From a virus: a stretch of 47,813 nt of DNA. Shown here one piece after another: positions 35,410-42,779 of the stretch. Within the stretch, counting starts at the first letter, position 1. Every line of letters begins with the position of its first letter. The DNA lies in IMG/VR virus record IMGVR_UViG_3300031696_000011. One strand, 5' to 3'. The translations under genes were made by a program, and so were the position numbers. The notes under the pieces were generated by a model. The model searched no databases and had not been told where the DNA came from. It was given only the letters and a program-made list of their open reading frames with translations.

Positions 35410-35503
35410 GAATGAAGGAGCGGGAGAGTGAAGGAGCGCACGACGCAAGGGAATGGACAAGGGAAGGAGCGCGGAGAATGGGAGTGAATGAAGGAGCGCG
35501 GAG
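35410..35503 (+). repeat. Direct repeats: GAAGGAGCG x4 (35414, 35430, 35463, 35490); 14-mer gaaggagcgcggag x2; 13-mer gaatgaaggagcg x2
   Basis: Counted directly in the sequence. A fifth degenerate copy, aaaggagca, is at 35521. Confidence 0.85.
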
Positions 35504-35612
35504 GTAATAGGTAAAGGGGAAAAGGAGCATGGGAAAAGAATCAGAAGAAAAAGCGAATAGGGGTTGACGGGAAAAGGGAAAGAGTCCATTCTCTCCGTGT
35601 CGCCAATTGGTG

Positions 35613-35637
35613 ACCCGGATTTATCCGGTTGTTTTTT
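35613..35637 (+). terminator. Weak intrinsic terminator candidate
   Basis: 5-bp GC-rich stem ccgga / tccgg (35615-35619 and 35624-35628) with loop ttta, then ttgtttttt. Confidence 0.35.
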
Positions 35638-35861
35638 GACAGGTTCGCAGTTGAGACGGTTTCCATGAAACCAGATTGACTAGAACAAATTGAATAGGTG
35701 AAAGGAAAACCTTTCACGCCGGTGGAGTATCGGCACAAGTCCTAAGCTTGCGAATGAGTTCATTGCCTTCGAAAATTCAGGGTTACAAGCCAAAGTAGAG
35801 TTGTGTCTAACGTTCAAGATCGGCGGTGAAATGGAATGGCCGGAAACTTAGAGAAATTGGG

Positions 35862-35890
35862 TTTACATAGGAGAATCTCTGGATTCTAAT
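35862..35890 (+). promoter_or_regulatory. Sigma-70 type early promoter candidate (TTTACA-N17-TCTAAT)
   Basis: -35 TTTACA at 35862-35867, a 17-nt spacer, and -10 TCTAAT at 35885-35890, directly upstream of the first plus-strand gene. Confidence 0.5.
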
Positions 35891-35938
35891 ATGTGGATTC
35901 GCCCGGTAATAATGCCACGAATTCACATTTTAAAACCT

Positions 35939-36697
35939 ATGTCAAACACACAAACATTGGAAATTCCAACCAAACGCAATGTCAAGTCTGCCGATATTGC
36001 AACGGGAAAAGGTATCACTGGCGCCGACGCTAAGAACCAAAGCTCTGTGAAATATTGGGACGAGGGTGGAGCATTCAACACGATCGCAGTTGCAAGACTC
36101 GTCCGTGAAATTGCTACCAAGTCTGCAAAGCGTGGATACAATATCAATGTGACCAGTCTCGCTGCTGCCGCTGCAAAACGGATCAAAGCGACTGTTGGCA
36201 AAGATATGTTGACTCGGGAAGAGTTCTACGCTGTGACGGATGCTGCTAACGTGTTACTTTTCAATCTCATCAGTGATATTGAAAACGACACCGACGGTGG
36301 ATTCGTCAACGAGGACGGTTCACGCTGCGGATACGAGCGCGAGTCGTTCTCTGCCGAGAAGATCAACGTCAACCATAAATTGGAGAAGGTGCATCTCACC
36401 AAGACTGCAACGTGGCGCAAGTTGCTCGACCGTGTGACGGAGATTGACAAGCTGGAAGAGGCTATTGCGAACAAAGTCGCGAGCCTCCGCAAGCTGCGTG
36501 AACGTCAGAACGATTCGTTCGATGCCGACAAGATCGACGAAATGGGATTGCAAATCCTGTCCGGCGAGGAATGGTTGGAGCGAAGTGATTCGCTACTCGC
36601 CAAAGACGGTTGGAAGCCTGTGCAAGACGACGCACACTATGTGAACCCATCTTCCCGGAACTACTGGGAAGAATTCGGCAACACCATTGCCGAGTGA
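35939..36697 (+). CDS. Early hypothetical protein, ~252 aa
   Basis: The ORF is open from 35891, but that ATG lies inside the promoter candidate. In-frame ATGs at 35912 and 35939 are more plausible starts. A strong terminator follows. Confidence 0.55.
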   Translation: MSNTQTLEIPTKRNVKSADIATGKGITGADAKNQSSVKYWDEGGAFNTIAVARLVREIATKSAKRGYNINVTSLAAAAAKRIKATVGKDMLTREEFYAVTDAANVLLFNLISDIENDTDGGFVNEDGSRCGYERESFSAEKINVNHKLEKVHLTKTATWRKLLDRVTEIDKLEEAIANKVASLRKLRERQNDSFDADKIDEMGLQILSGEEWLERSDSLLAKDGWKPVQDDAHYVNPSSRNYWEEFGNTIAE

Positions 36698-36703
36698 AGC
36701 AAA

Positions 36704-36740
36704 GCGGGAGAGGACTTCAAACTCTCCCGCACTTTTCGTT
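36704..36740 (+). terminator. Intrinsic terminator
   Basis: 9-bp stem gcgggagag (36704-36712) / ctctcccgc (36722-36730), followed by acttttcgtt. Confidence 0.7.
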
Positions 36741-37003
36741 CCTTCAAATCTGCGTTGCATTGCATTGCAGCATAGATTTGAGCGAATCATATTCGTTCTA
36801 CTGCGGACCATTGCACACACTGTGCATAGCCAGCCGCAACGCTAGCTAGTAGGTCACAAGAGTTCTTGTGCAATCACTGTATTGCATACCCTCTTCGTCT
36901 ACAATAGCGAGATACGCCCGGCAGAACTAGACTGAAAACTACGGGATAGACGACAGAACACAAGAACTGTGTATTGTGCTCGTGATACTACGAAAGGAAT
37001 ATC

Positions 37004-37270
37004 ATGAAAAAACTTATATTGCAGGCTGAACAGTTGCGTCAAGAATGCAACATGGCTATCTCCAATATCAGAGCACGTCTATCCCATGTCCCTTGGGAAC
37101 AAGGGTTGCGGATGGACTCAGAACTCACTGAATGTCATTTGCACAGATGCGCGAATATGTTGCGGAACATTAGCGACGACTGTGCAAACAACAGAGTCAG
37201 TGAGGTGTCAGCGCAAGGCGACATCGCAGGTGTTGAAAAGCACATGACGGTGATTGCGAAATACTTGTAA
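37004..37270 (+). CDS. Early hypothetical protein, 88 aa
   Basis: Preceded by aaaggaatatc-ATG, one of the few clear SD-like sites in the window. Confidence 0.6.
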   Translation: MKKLILQAEQLRQECNMAISNIRARLSHVPWEQGLRMDSELTECHLHRCANMLRNISDDCANNRVSEVSAQGDIAGVEKHMTVIAKYL

Positions 37271-37592
37271 CCCTATCTCACGGGCACACTACACGGTTCT
37301 TGGATGTGAAAGATCTGTCAGCGGCAATCTATGGGACCGCACAGTCAAGAACGAGCGGATAAATACAGTGTTGGGAATCGCGATTGCGCCGCAGGCTTGT
37401 GATACTACGCAAGCCACGGAGATGCAAAACCTACCCGACACAACTTCTGGGACGACTACTCTAGTATTGGCTGAAGGGAGACGAAGCATTAGAAACGGCA
37501 GAGAGTGGAGAGAAATCCATGTGACAAACTCTGTTTATGACCGTTCCGCGTATAGGTTAGCGGCTATTGGCAAGGTAAATGCTCCCGTGTAG
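37254..37592 (+). CDS. Doubtful ORF, 112 aa (an internal start at 37422 is possible)
   Basis: It is the only ORF filling 37.27-37.6 kb. Overlaps the upstream stop. No motifs. Its 3' end contains a promoter-like element. Confidence 0.3.
   Translation: MRNTCNPISRAHYTVLGCERSVSGNLWDRTVKNERINTVLGIAIAPQACDTTQATEMQNLPDTTSGTTTLVLAEGRRSIRNGREWREIHVTNSVYDRSAYRLAAIGKVNAPV
37568..37583 (+). promoter_or_regulatory. Weaker sigma-54 type -24/-12 match (TGGCAAGGTAAATGCT)
   Basis: Correct GG/GC spacing. Shares TGGCA-GGTA--TGCT with the elements at 28202 and 44187. A terminator follows about 50 nt downstream. Confidence 0.35.
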
Positions 37593-37631
37593 GACAATGG
37601 TTCTACAAGATAAACCCGAATTACACGATTG

Positions 37632-37675
37632 GGAGCGCACAGTTTACAGACACTCTGTGCGCTCCTTCTCTTTTT
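37632..37675 (+). terminator. Intrinsic terminator
   Basis: Perfect 11-bp stem ggagcgcacag (37632-37642) / ctgtgcgctcc (37655-37665), followed by ttctcttttt. Confidence 0.8.
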
Positions 37676-37719
37676 CATATCTCAATTCAGACTAGGGATA
37701 GCATAGCTTGAATTCAGAT

Positions 37720-37878
37720 ATGAAAGAATACAAACATCACCGTTTATGTGGGCATGGTGGAATCAAATGCCCTTGCTGTTCGCCGATGAACACAGTCAAG
37801 AAATCACGTGTTATGATTAACCGCCGATACCGGCGCACGTGCAAACAAGAACTGCATACCTATGACGAAAGCGAATAA
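37720..37878 (+). CDS. Small basic Cys-rich protein, 52 aa (below the ORF-track cutoff)
   Basis: Translated by hand: MKEYKHHRLCGHGGIKCPCCSPMNTVKKSRVMINRRYRRTCKQELHTYDESE. Has a CxH...CPCC zinc-knuckle-like pattern and a basic tail. Confidence 0.45.
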   Translation: MKEYKHHRLCGHGGIKCPCCSPMNTVKKSRVMINRRYRRTCKQELHTYDESE

Positions 37879-38053
37879 GATCAGAGATGGCCCTGTCATG
37901 GGCTAATATTCTCAATCACCGAAGTTGGCCCGGTAATAATAGGCCAACACATACTTCAATTCAGGAGGAAGTGTAGACCATCGGCGAAATGTTTGATTAT
38001 GACCCAAACTACTGACGGTAACGCTAGGTGGAGCCTTCCTTCTGAATTGAATT

Positions 38054-38149
38054 ATGAACAAAACTGATAGAATCCTTATCGTCCTGTGCATCATGCTTGC
38101 GCTACTTGTGGTCATGGCAAATGTTGCAGGCTACATCACTCACCGATGA
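38054..38149 (+). CDS. Possible 31-aa single-pass membrane peptide
   Basis: Translated by hand: MNKTDRILIVLCIMLALLVVMANVAGYITHR. Its TGA overlaps the ATG at 38146 (ATGA). Confidence 0.3.
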   Translation: MNKTDRILIVLCIMLALLVVMANVAGYITHR

Positions 38150-38502
38150 TTGCTTGCCCTGAATGCGCCGCAGGCTTGGTCTTGCCGAGTTACGTGGACG
38201 GAATTGTCAAGTGTCCAGAGTGTGACATGCTGTTTCAATACACGAAACCTGTGCCGTCACAACCACCCACACCCACATACGATGGGATAGGTAGACGTGT
38301 GAATCGTAGGATGCGGCAAGTAGACATGGACATCGCATGTGAAAAACTTTACGACAAGCATGTTGCAAGGCTAGGATACGTCCCTGAGCGTATGGAACTT
38401 TACTTGTTGTTGAAGTCGATGGAGAATGCAGTGCGCGGACGTATGATTGCGCGAATGTGGGACGAGGAATTGCGGAGGACATTTCACGAGGTATTACAAT
38501 GA
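38146..38502 (+). CDS. Zinc-ribbon protein, ~118 aa (the ORF is open from 38086)
   Basis: CPEC...CPEC pairs (MIACPECAAGLVLPSYVDGIVKCPECDMLFQY). The start is either 38146 (ATGA-coupled) or 38086. Confidence 0.55.
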   Translation: MIACPECAAGLVLPSYVDGIVKCPECDMLFQYTKPVPSQPPTPTYDGIGRRVNRRMRQVDMDIACEKLYDKHVARLGYVPERMELYLLLKSMENAVRGRMIARMWDEELRRTFHEVLQ

Positions 38503-38705
38503 ACGCGAAAGAGTTTGAAGAAGCAACAGGTGATGAGCCACGTCAGGATGATTTGGAGCGTGCAAACTGCATTCTTGCAGGTGCCAGTGGGCATCAAGAT
38601 TGTGGCATATGTGAACCGCACGGTTTGCCTATTAGCAAATGCGCGCTCTGCTTTATCCTTCCTGCTAAGGATGTCAAAAGAAAACCAAACAAACAAACGG
38701 AATAA
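38499..38705 (+). CDS. Small Cys-rich protein, 68 aa
   Basis: The ATG at 38499 overlaps the upstream TGA (ATGA). Contains HQDCGICEPH...CALC. Confidence 0.5.
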   Translation: MNAKEFEEATGDEPRQDDLERANCILAGASGHQDCGICEPHGLPISKCALCFILPAKDVKRKPNKQTE

Positions 38706-38707
38706 AC

Positions 38708-38989
38708 ATGAACGAAATACTAAATGACTTGAAAGATCTCTATCATGCAGCGATAGACAATCGTAACCTCTTTGCTGCGCGTGCTGCTGCTGCGCCATGT
38801 GAAGACATGGTGTTGCACAACAACCTTATGTCTGTGTCGGAATCGTATGCTGCAATCGCGCTGCGTATCGGGGACATCATTAGCAAGTATGACGAGGTTG
38901 ATCCTGAAGTTGCACCTGTCACATCCACGCGGGAACATTGCCATGACAAGTTCAACAACATTGGCGAAGCAATTGATGATGCATCATAA
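38708..38989 (+). CDS. Hypothetical protein, 93 aa
   Basis: Tightly packed ORF. The antisense ORFs look like shadows. Confidence 0.5.
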   Translation: MNEILNDLKDLYHAAIDNRNLFAARAAAAPCEDMVLHNNLMSVSESYAAIALRIGDIISKYDEVDPEVAPVTSTREHCHDKFNNIGEAIDDAS

Positions 38990-38994
38990 ACGTG

Positions 38995-39010
38995 TGGCAT
39001 GGTTCTTGCT
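38995..39010 (+). promoter_or_regulatory. Sigma-54 type -24/-12 promoter candidate (TGGCATGGTTCTTGCT)
   Basis: TGGCATG-GTTC-TTGCT sits in the 78-nt gap between the genes ending at 38989 and starting at 39068. It matches the consensus TGGCACG-N4-TTGCW at all but one position. Confidence 0.65.
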
Positions 39011-39067
39011 ACACATTCATTGCCTAGTCCAACCCTTTCCACCCTTTAGTGTATCACACATATCGTT

Positions 39068-39433
39068 ATGACAATCAAGCACACACAAACACGTGCGCCA
39101 GTTAGGGTTGCTAACCACTTTCGCGTTGCTAAGTATCGCGAGACACTGTGGATAGTGTATACACTGACTGATCTCATTGCCAAGATCAAAGCGTCGATGC
39201 TAGCATCAGGTAAACACAGGCATATTGTGGTCGTGACACACTTCGATCATGTCAGTGTGGACAGTGATGGTGTGACGTTTCACAGGTATGAAAGTATCAG
39301 CACAGGACATTCGTATATGAATAACGAAATCATTATACCATCGTGCGAACTTACGGCAGGTGCATTAGAGAGGCTTGAACATATGCAAGAACACTCTGCA
39401 CTATGCAGTCAAGTTGATCGACAACAATCATGA
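39068..39433 (+). CDS. Hypothetical protein, 121 aa
   Basis: First ORF downstream of the promoter-like element. ATGA overlap with the next gene. Confidence 0.55.
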   Translation: MTIKHTQTRAPVRVANHFRVAKYRETLWIVYTLTDLIAKIKASMLASGKHRHIVVVTHFDHVSVDSDGVTFHRYESISTGHSYMNNEIIIPSCELTAGALERLEHMQEHSALCSQVDRQQS

Positions 39434-39678
39434 ACACAAGAAATAAACCTTGCCCCTGTGGAAGCGGGAGCAAACACAAGAAGTGTTGCTTAGCTAAGCA
39501 GCAAGAACAACGGAAGCTTGATAGCGAACCCGAAGGGTTGCGGCGTAATCGTAAACACAAGAAGTCACTTGTCCCTGCGGCAATTACACTAGCTGCAACA
39601 GATCAACTGCTAGACTGTGGCCCGAAGTCTACGCTTCCGAACTTCAACATCAACGCATTCAACACTGACAATGAGTGA
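39430..39678 (+). CDS. SEC-C motif protein, 82 aa
   Basis: N-terminal KPCPCGSGSKHKKCC is the SecA C-terminal metal-binding (SEC-C) motif. Confidence 0.7.
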   Translation: MNTRNKPCPCGSGSKHKKCCLAKQQEQRKLDSEPEGLRRNRKHKKSLVPAAITLAATDQLLDCGPKSTLPNFNINAFNTDNE

Positions 39679-40327
39679 CCATATTCCATCGCACAACCCA
39701 ACACCGTTGCCTACCGTGCTCAAGGTGCCGGGATACAGTGTTGCTGTGTCTCGTTTGATCGACTGGATCATTGCACCGGGCGAAATTGTGGGTGCAGGTG
39801 GGTTGCTTGAACCGCGCGAGATTAACATCGTGCTTGCAGACTTCATGCTACGGCATTCCAAGTTCCACGAATACGGAATGATCCACGCTGTTGAACAAAT
39901 GGGCGAGCACACACGCTACTGGCTGTGGCGTAAACGTGACTGGAGCGAGCGAGCACATGTGCATCGTATCGACAAGGCAAAGAACGACATTGAACGAACA
40001 CGGAGTATGCGTAGCACCAAGACACGCGACACAATCTTTAGTCGGTTGTGTAAAATGTTCCCGAAGTTTCTGACTGAGCGTAAGCTGGGTATGGAAATGG
40101 TTCGGATGTGGATCAGTGAACACGACGACAACGACGAGTTCAAGTATTGGCTGAACAAGATGGGATACTTTGAACTGTCGGAAACTGATAGAGCTGCGGT
40201 TGAAGAGGCAGCGGATGAAGCAGACGAGATTGAAGCAGCAGATCCGTTCGATCCGAATTGGATCAGCGAGATAGACGCAGGACTACTTGCACGAATGAAG
40301 AAGGAATACAGCAAACCATTATCATGA
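39671..40327 (+). CDS. Hypothetical protein, 218 aa (acidic C-terminus)
   Basis: The ATG at 39671 gives an 8-nt overlap with the upstream gene. The ORF track's longer form would overlap by 62 nt. Confidence 0.55.
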   Translation: MSDHIPSHNPTPLPTVLKVPGYSVAVSRLIDWIIAPGEIVGAGGLLEPREINIVLADFMLRHSKFHEYGMIHAVEQMGEHTRYWLWRKRDWSERAHVHRIDKAKNDIERTRSMRSTKTRDTIFSRLCKMFPKFLTERKLGMEMVRMWISEHDDNDEFKYWLNKMGYFELSETDRAAVEEAADEADEIEAADPFDPNWISEIDAGLLARMKKEYSKPLS

Positions 40328-42468
40328 CACCTGAACAGATCAAAGCATCGCTATTCAAGCTGATGCCTAAAGCAGCACCGGGCAATGCGCTTGCACGTGC
40401 TGAAGAACAAGCGAAAGTTGACGCGGAGAAACGACAACGTGCACGTGCTGTGCTAGAAGCAGAGGTTGCTAAGTTCGTTGGCGAATCAGCTGCGTCTAAC
40501 ATGGGTGAGAAACGACTTCGCGAGATGCGAGACATTGGACGCAAGGCTGCGGAAGATGCGACGTTCCATGCTGCACTTGCCGATGCGAAAGATAACCCTG
40601 TTGATACTGTTGACGAACAGATCGCCGCGCTGACTAGCATTCACGAGAACAAAACACCTGCTCGTGGACGTATGACACCTGCTACTCACGACAAGATGTC
40701 TGCTGTTATCAAGTTCGAGCCTGAAGTATTGGACATGTATGCCATGCGATACGGCAGCGACGAGAAGAAATCGTTCCGCATTGATTTGGAAAACCGAATG
40801 CTTCCATGCTTGAAACAGTTCAATCGTGGCCCGAAGTTACTGCACTTTCAAACACATCCGTTACCAAGGGCATTGCGTTTGCTTGGAGACGAGCATCAAT
40901 CAGCATTGTTGATCGCGCCGACAGGTGCGGGCAAGACATACTTCTTTGCGACGTTGATTAAATATCTGCGACTATACTTTCCCGAAGACTATCCGAAAGA
41001 TAGACAGATCATGGTTGTCACGAAGCCAACGGTGGTTAAGCAGACACAGCGTGTGTTGTTCGGTGAGTTTGGGATTACGAATGTGATGGTGACGTCGTAT
41101 CCAGAGATGACACGGTCGCAGATTAGTGGGATATATGTATCATGGGAGACACGGGTTACGAGAGATGGTGAGGTGAAAGAGGTTCCGATATGGAATCCAG
41201 TGTTCAGGCCGTCACTAATCATATGGGATGAGTGTCAGTGTCTCAAGAATTTCGGCAGCACACAGAGCATAATTGCAGCAGCGTATGGGCAACGATTGAA
41301 TCCGACAGGACATGTGGCAAGTGCAGCGGATTGGGAAGGTGACCCGATTAGTTTGAGTGTGTCTGCCACGCCATACTCACGTCCGCAGAATGCGAAGGTT
41401 GTGATCTCGTTGCTAGGCCCAGTGATTAACAATCGCAAGGTAACACTTAACAACTTCAACGAGTGGGCACGGGATATATGTGCAAGACACAACACAGACT
41501 TAGATAAGTGGAGTCCGGTTGCGATGAAGAGTATTCAGGATTCGATTGAACACCTTACGATTAGGTTCGACAGGATTCAGTATCGGAAGCGGACACTTAT
41601 CAAACAGAAGGTGATTGAGTTCGAGACGGTGGAAGAGAAGAGCGAATACGGTGAAGCGTTTACTGAATACATGAAGAAGCGCGAGGAGTTGGAGGCGAAA
41701 GAACTGTCGTCAGGAACTGAGATACTAGTGGCGATGATGATGTTTCGCAAGAAGGCAGAGATCATTCGTGCACCGCGGCTTGCACAGATGGGACTGGATA
41801 GTATGGACTTGAGCAACAACGTAATCATTGCGTGTGCATTTCGTGAGACACTTGAAACAATCAACGAACTGTTGCTAGACGTTGGTGTAGGTAGTGACAA
41901 GATTGCACAGATCAAAGGAGGACAAACAGCAGATGCCAGACAAAAACAAATCGACGGATTCCAACGGGACGAGCGTCATATTATGTTGCTTATGTTTAGT
42001 GCAGGTGGAGCGGGACTTTCGTTACATCAATCAAACACTGGAGATTTCCCGAACAAACGTCCACGAGTTGTGTATCTGCCACCAGTGTGGAACGCAGAGG
42101 AACTCGTTCAAGTCCTTGGTCGAGCACATCGCGTTACTTCTGATAGCACAACTCGACAATACATAGTCTGGTATAAGGACACGATCGAGAGCGAGGTTGC
42201 TGAGAAAGTTAAGAAGAAGTGTAGCGCACTTAAAGAAGTTGTCGGGAAGAAAGAAGACTGGAGTATTGCATTCGCAGGCAAGGAGATTGGTGAAGGGATA
42301 GAAGATCAGATGGAGATAAATTTCAAAGGTGTGCGAGACAAGAGCGACGAAGAAGTGAATGACGACGACGACGAGAATGAAGTGGCATCAGACTTCGAGG
42401 TCATGGATTCTGAGGAAGAACTCAAGCGAGCCGAGGTTGCGGATGCTATACTTGAACATACATTATGA
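40324..42468 (+). CDS. SNF2/SF2-family helicase, ~714 aa
   Basis: Motif I LLIAPTGAGKTYF. Motif II IIWDECQCLKN. Motif V MFSAGGAGLSLH. Motif VI QVLGRAHRVTS. ATGA-coupled start at 40324. Confidence 0.85.
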   Translation: MTPEQIKASLFKLMPKAAPGNALARAEEQAKVDAEKRQRARAVLEAEVAKFVGESAASNMGEKRLREMRDIGRKAAEDATFHAALADAKDNPVDTVDEQIAALTSIHENKTPARGRMTPATHDKMSAVIKFEPEVLDMYAMRYGSDEKKSFRIDLENRMLPCLKQFNRGPKLLHFQTHPLPRALRLLGDEHQSALLIAPTGAGKTYFFATLIKYLRLYFPEDYPKDRQIMVVTKPTVVKQTQRVLFGEFGITNVMVTSYPEMTRSQISGIYVSWETRVTRDGEVKEVPIWNPVFRPSLIIWDECQCLKNFGSTQSIIAAAYGQRLNPTGHVASAADWEGDPISLSVSATPYSRPQNAKVVISLLGPVINNRKVTLNNFNEWARDICARHNTDLDKWSPVAMKSIQDSIEHLTIRFDRIQYRKRTLIKQKVIEFETVEEKSEYGEAFTEYMKKREELEAKELSSGTEILVAMMMFRKKAEIIRAPRLAQMGLDSMDLSNNVIIACAFRETLETINELLLDVGVGSDKIAQIKGGQTADARQKQIDGFQRDERHIMLLMFSAGGAGLSLHQSNTGDFPNKRPRVVYLPPVWNAEELVQVLGRAHRVTSDSTTRQYIVWYKDTIESEVAEKVKKKCSALKEVVGKKEDWSIAFAGKEIGEGIEDQMEINFKGVRDKSDEEVNDDDDENEVASDFEVMDSEEELKRAEVADAILEHTL

Positions 42469-42779
42469 ACAAAGATCTAGCACTAGAAGATGCGATTGAA
42501 TTGATCGACGCGATCATGAAGGGTGAGATAAACCCGGAGGATGAGTGTGAGAAATGGCTGAGGGCATATGCACCTAAGCGATTACGAGATGCTACGAGCC
42601 ACGACAAGGACAAGATAGCTGAACACAATGTGAGAATCATACACATTATGCAGAAGATAAATTGGCTTGAAGGACAGTGGGACAGGAACGACAACAACAA
42701 CAAATGTAACAAGTTTGTTCAAGACAAGCTGACGAAACTACACACAGAACTAACCAAACTACAAACAAAAGATGAGTGA
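42465..42779 (+). CDS. Hypothetical protein, 104 aa
   Basis: ATGA overlap with the helicase gene. Confidence 0.5.
   Translation: MNKDLALEDAIELIDAIMKGEINPEDECEKWLRAYAPKRLRDATSHDKDKIAEHNVRIIHIMQKINWLEGQWDRNDNNNKCNKFVQDKLTKLHTELTKLQTKDE

Larger units (their letters stand above)
35320..35637 (+). ncRNA. Candidate structured non-coding RNA: CU-rich flanks around a purine-rich GGA/AAGGAG repeat core, ending in a short hairpin plus U-tract
   Basis: No credible ORF. The core (35400-35580) is almost all purine on the plus strand. The flanks cccttgtcc (twice, 35338-35353) and cattctctcc (35330-35339 and 35587-35596) are complementary to the core segments ggacaaggg and ggagaatg. The strand assignment rests only on the weak terminator at 35613-35637. 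Confidence 0.3.

Noticed and set aside
35410-35530. Possibility that the GAAGGAGCG repeats form a CRISPR array
   Set aside because: The repeats are only 9-14 nt long, the spacing is irregular (16, 33 and 27 nt), and there are no spacer-like unique segments of uniform length.
35033-35589. ORFs in the control region (124 aa plus strand; 81 aa and 65 aa minus strand)
   Set aside because: They are generated by the DNA repeats (VKRTFPFH / VKRTFPHS) and by the purine/pyrimidine-only tract (products rich in S, P, L and F). There is no start context. I treat the region as non-coding.
35891-35938. ATG at 35891 as the start of the first early gene
   Set aside because: This ATG directly abuts the -10 hexamer of the best sigma-70-type promoter candidate and lies upstream of the predicted transcription start. 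The in-frame ATGs at 35912 and 35939 are preferred.
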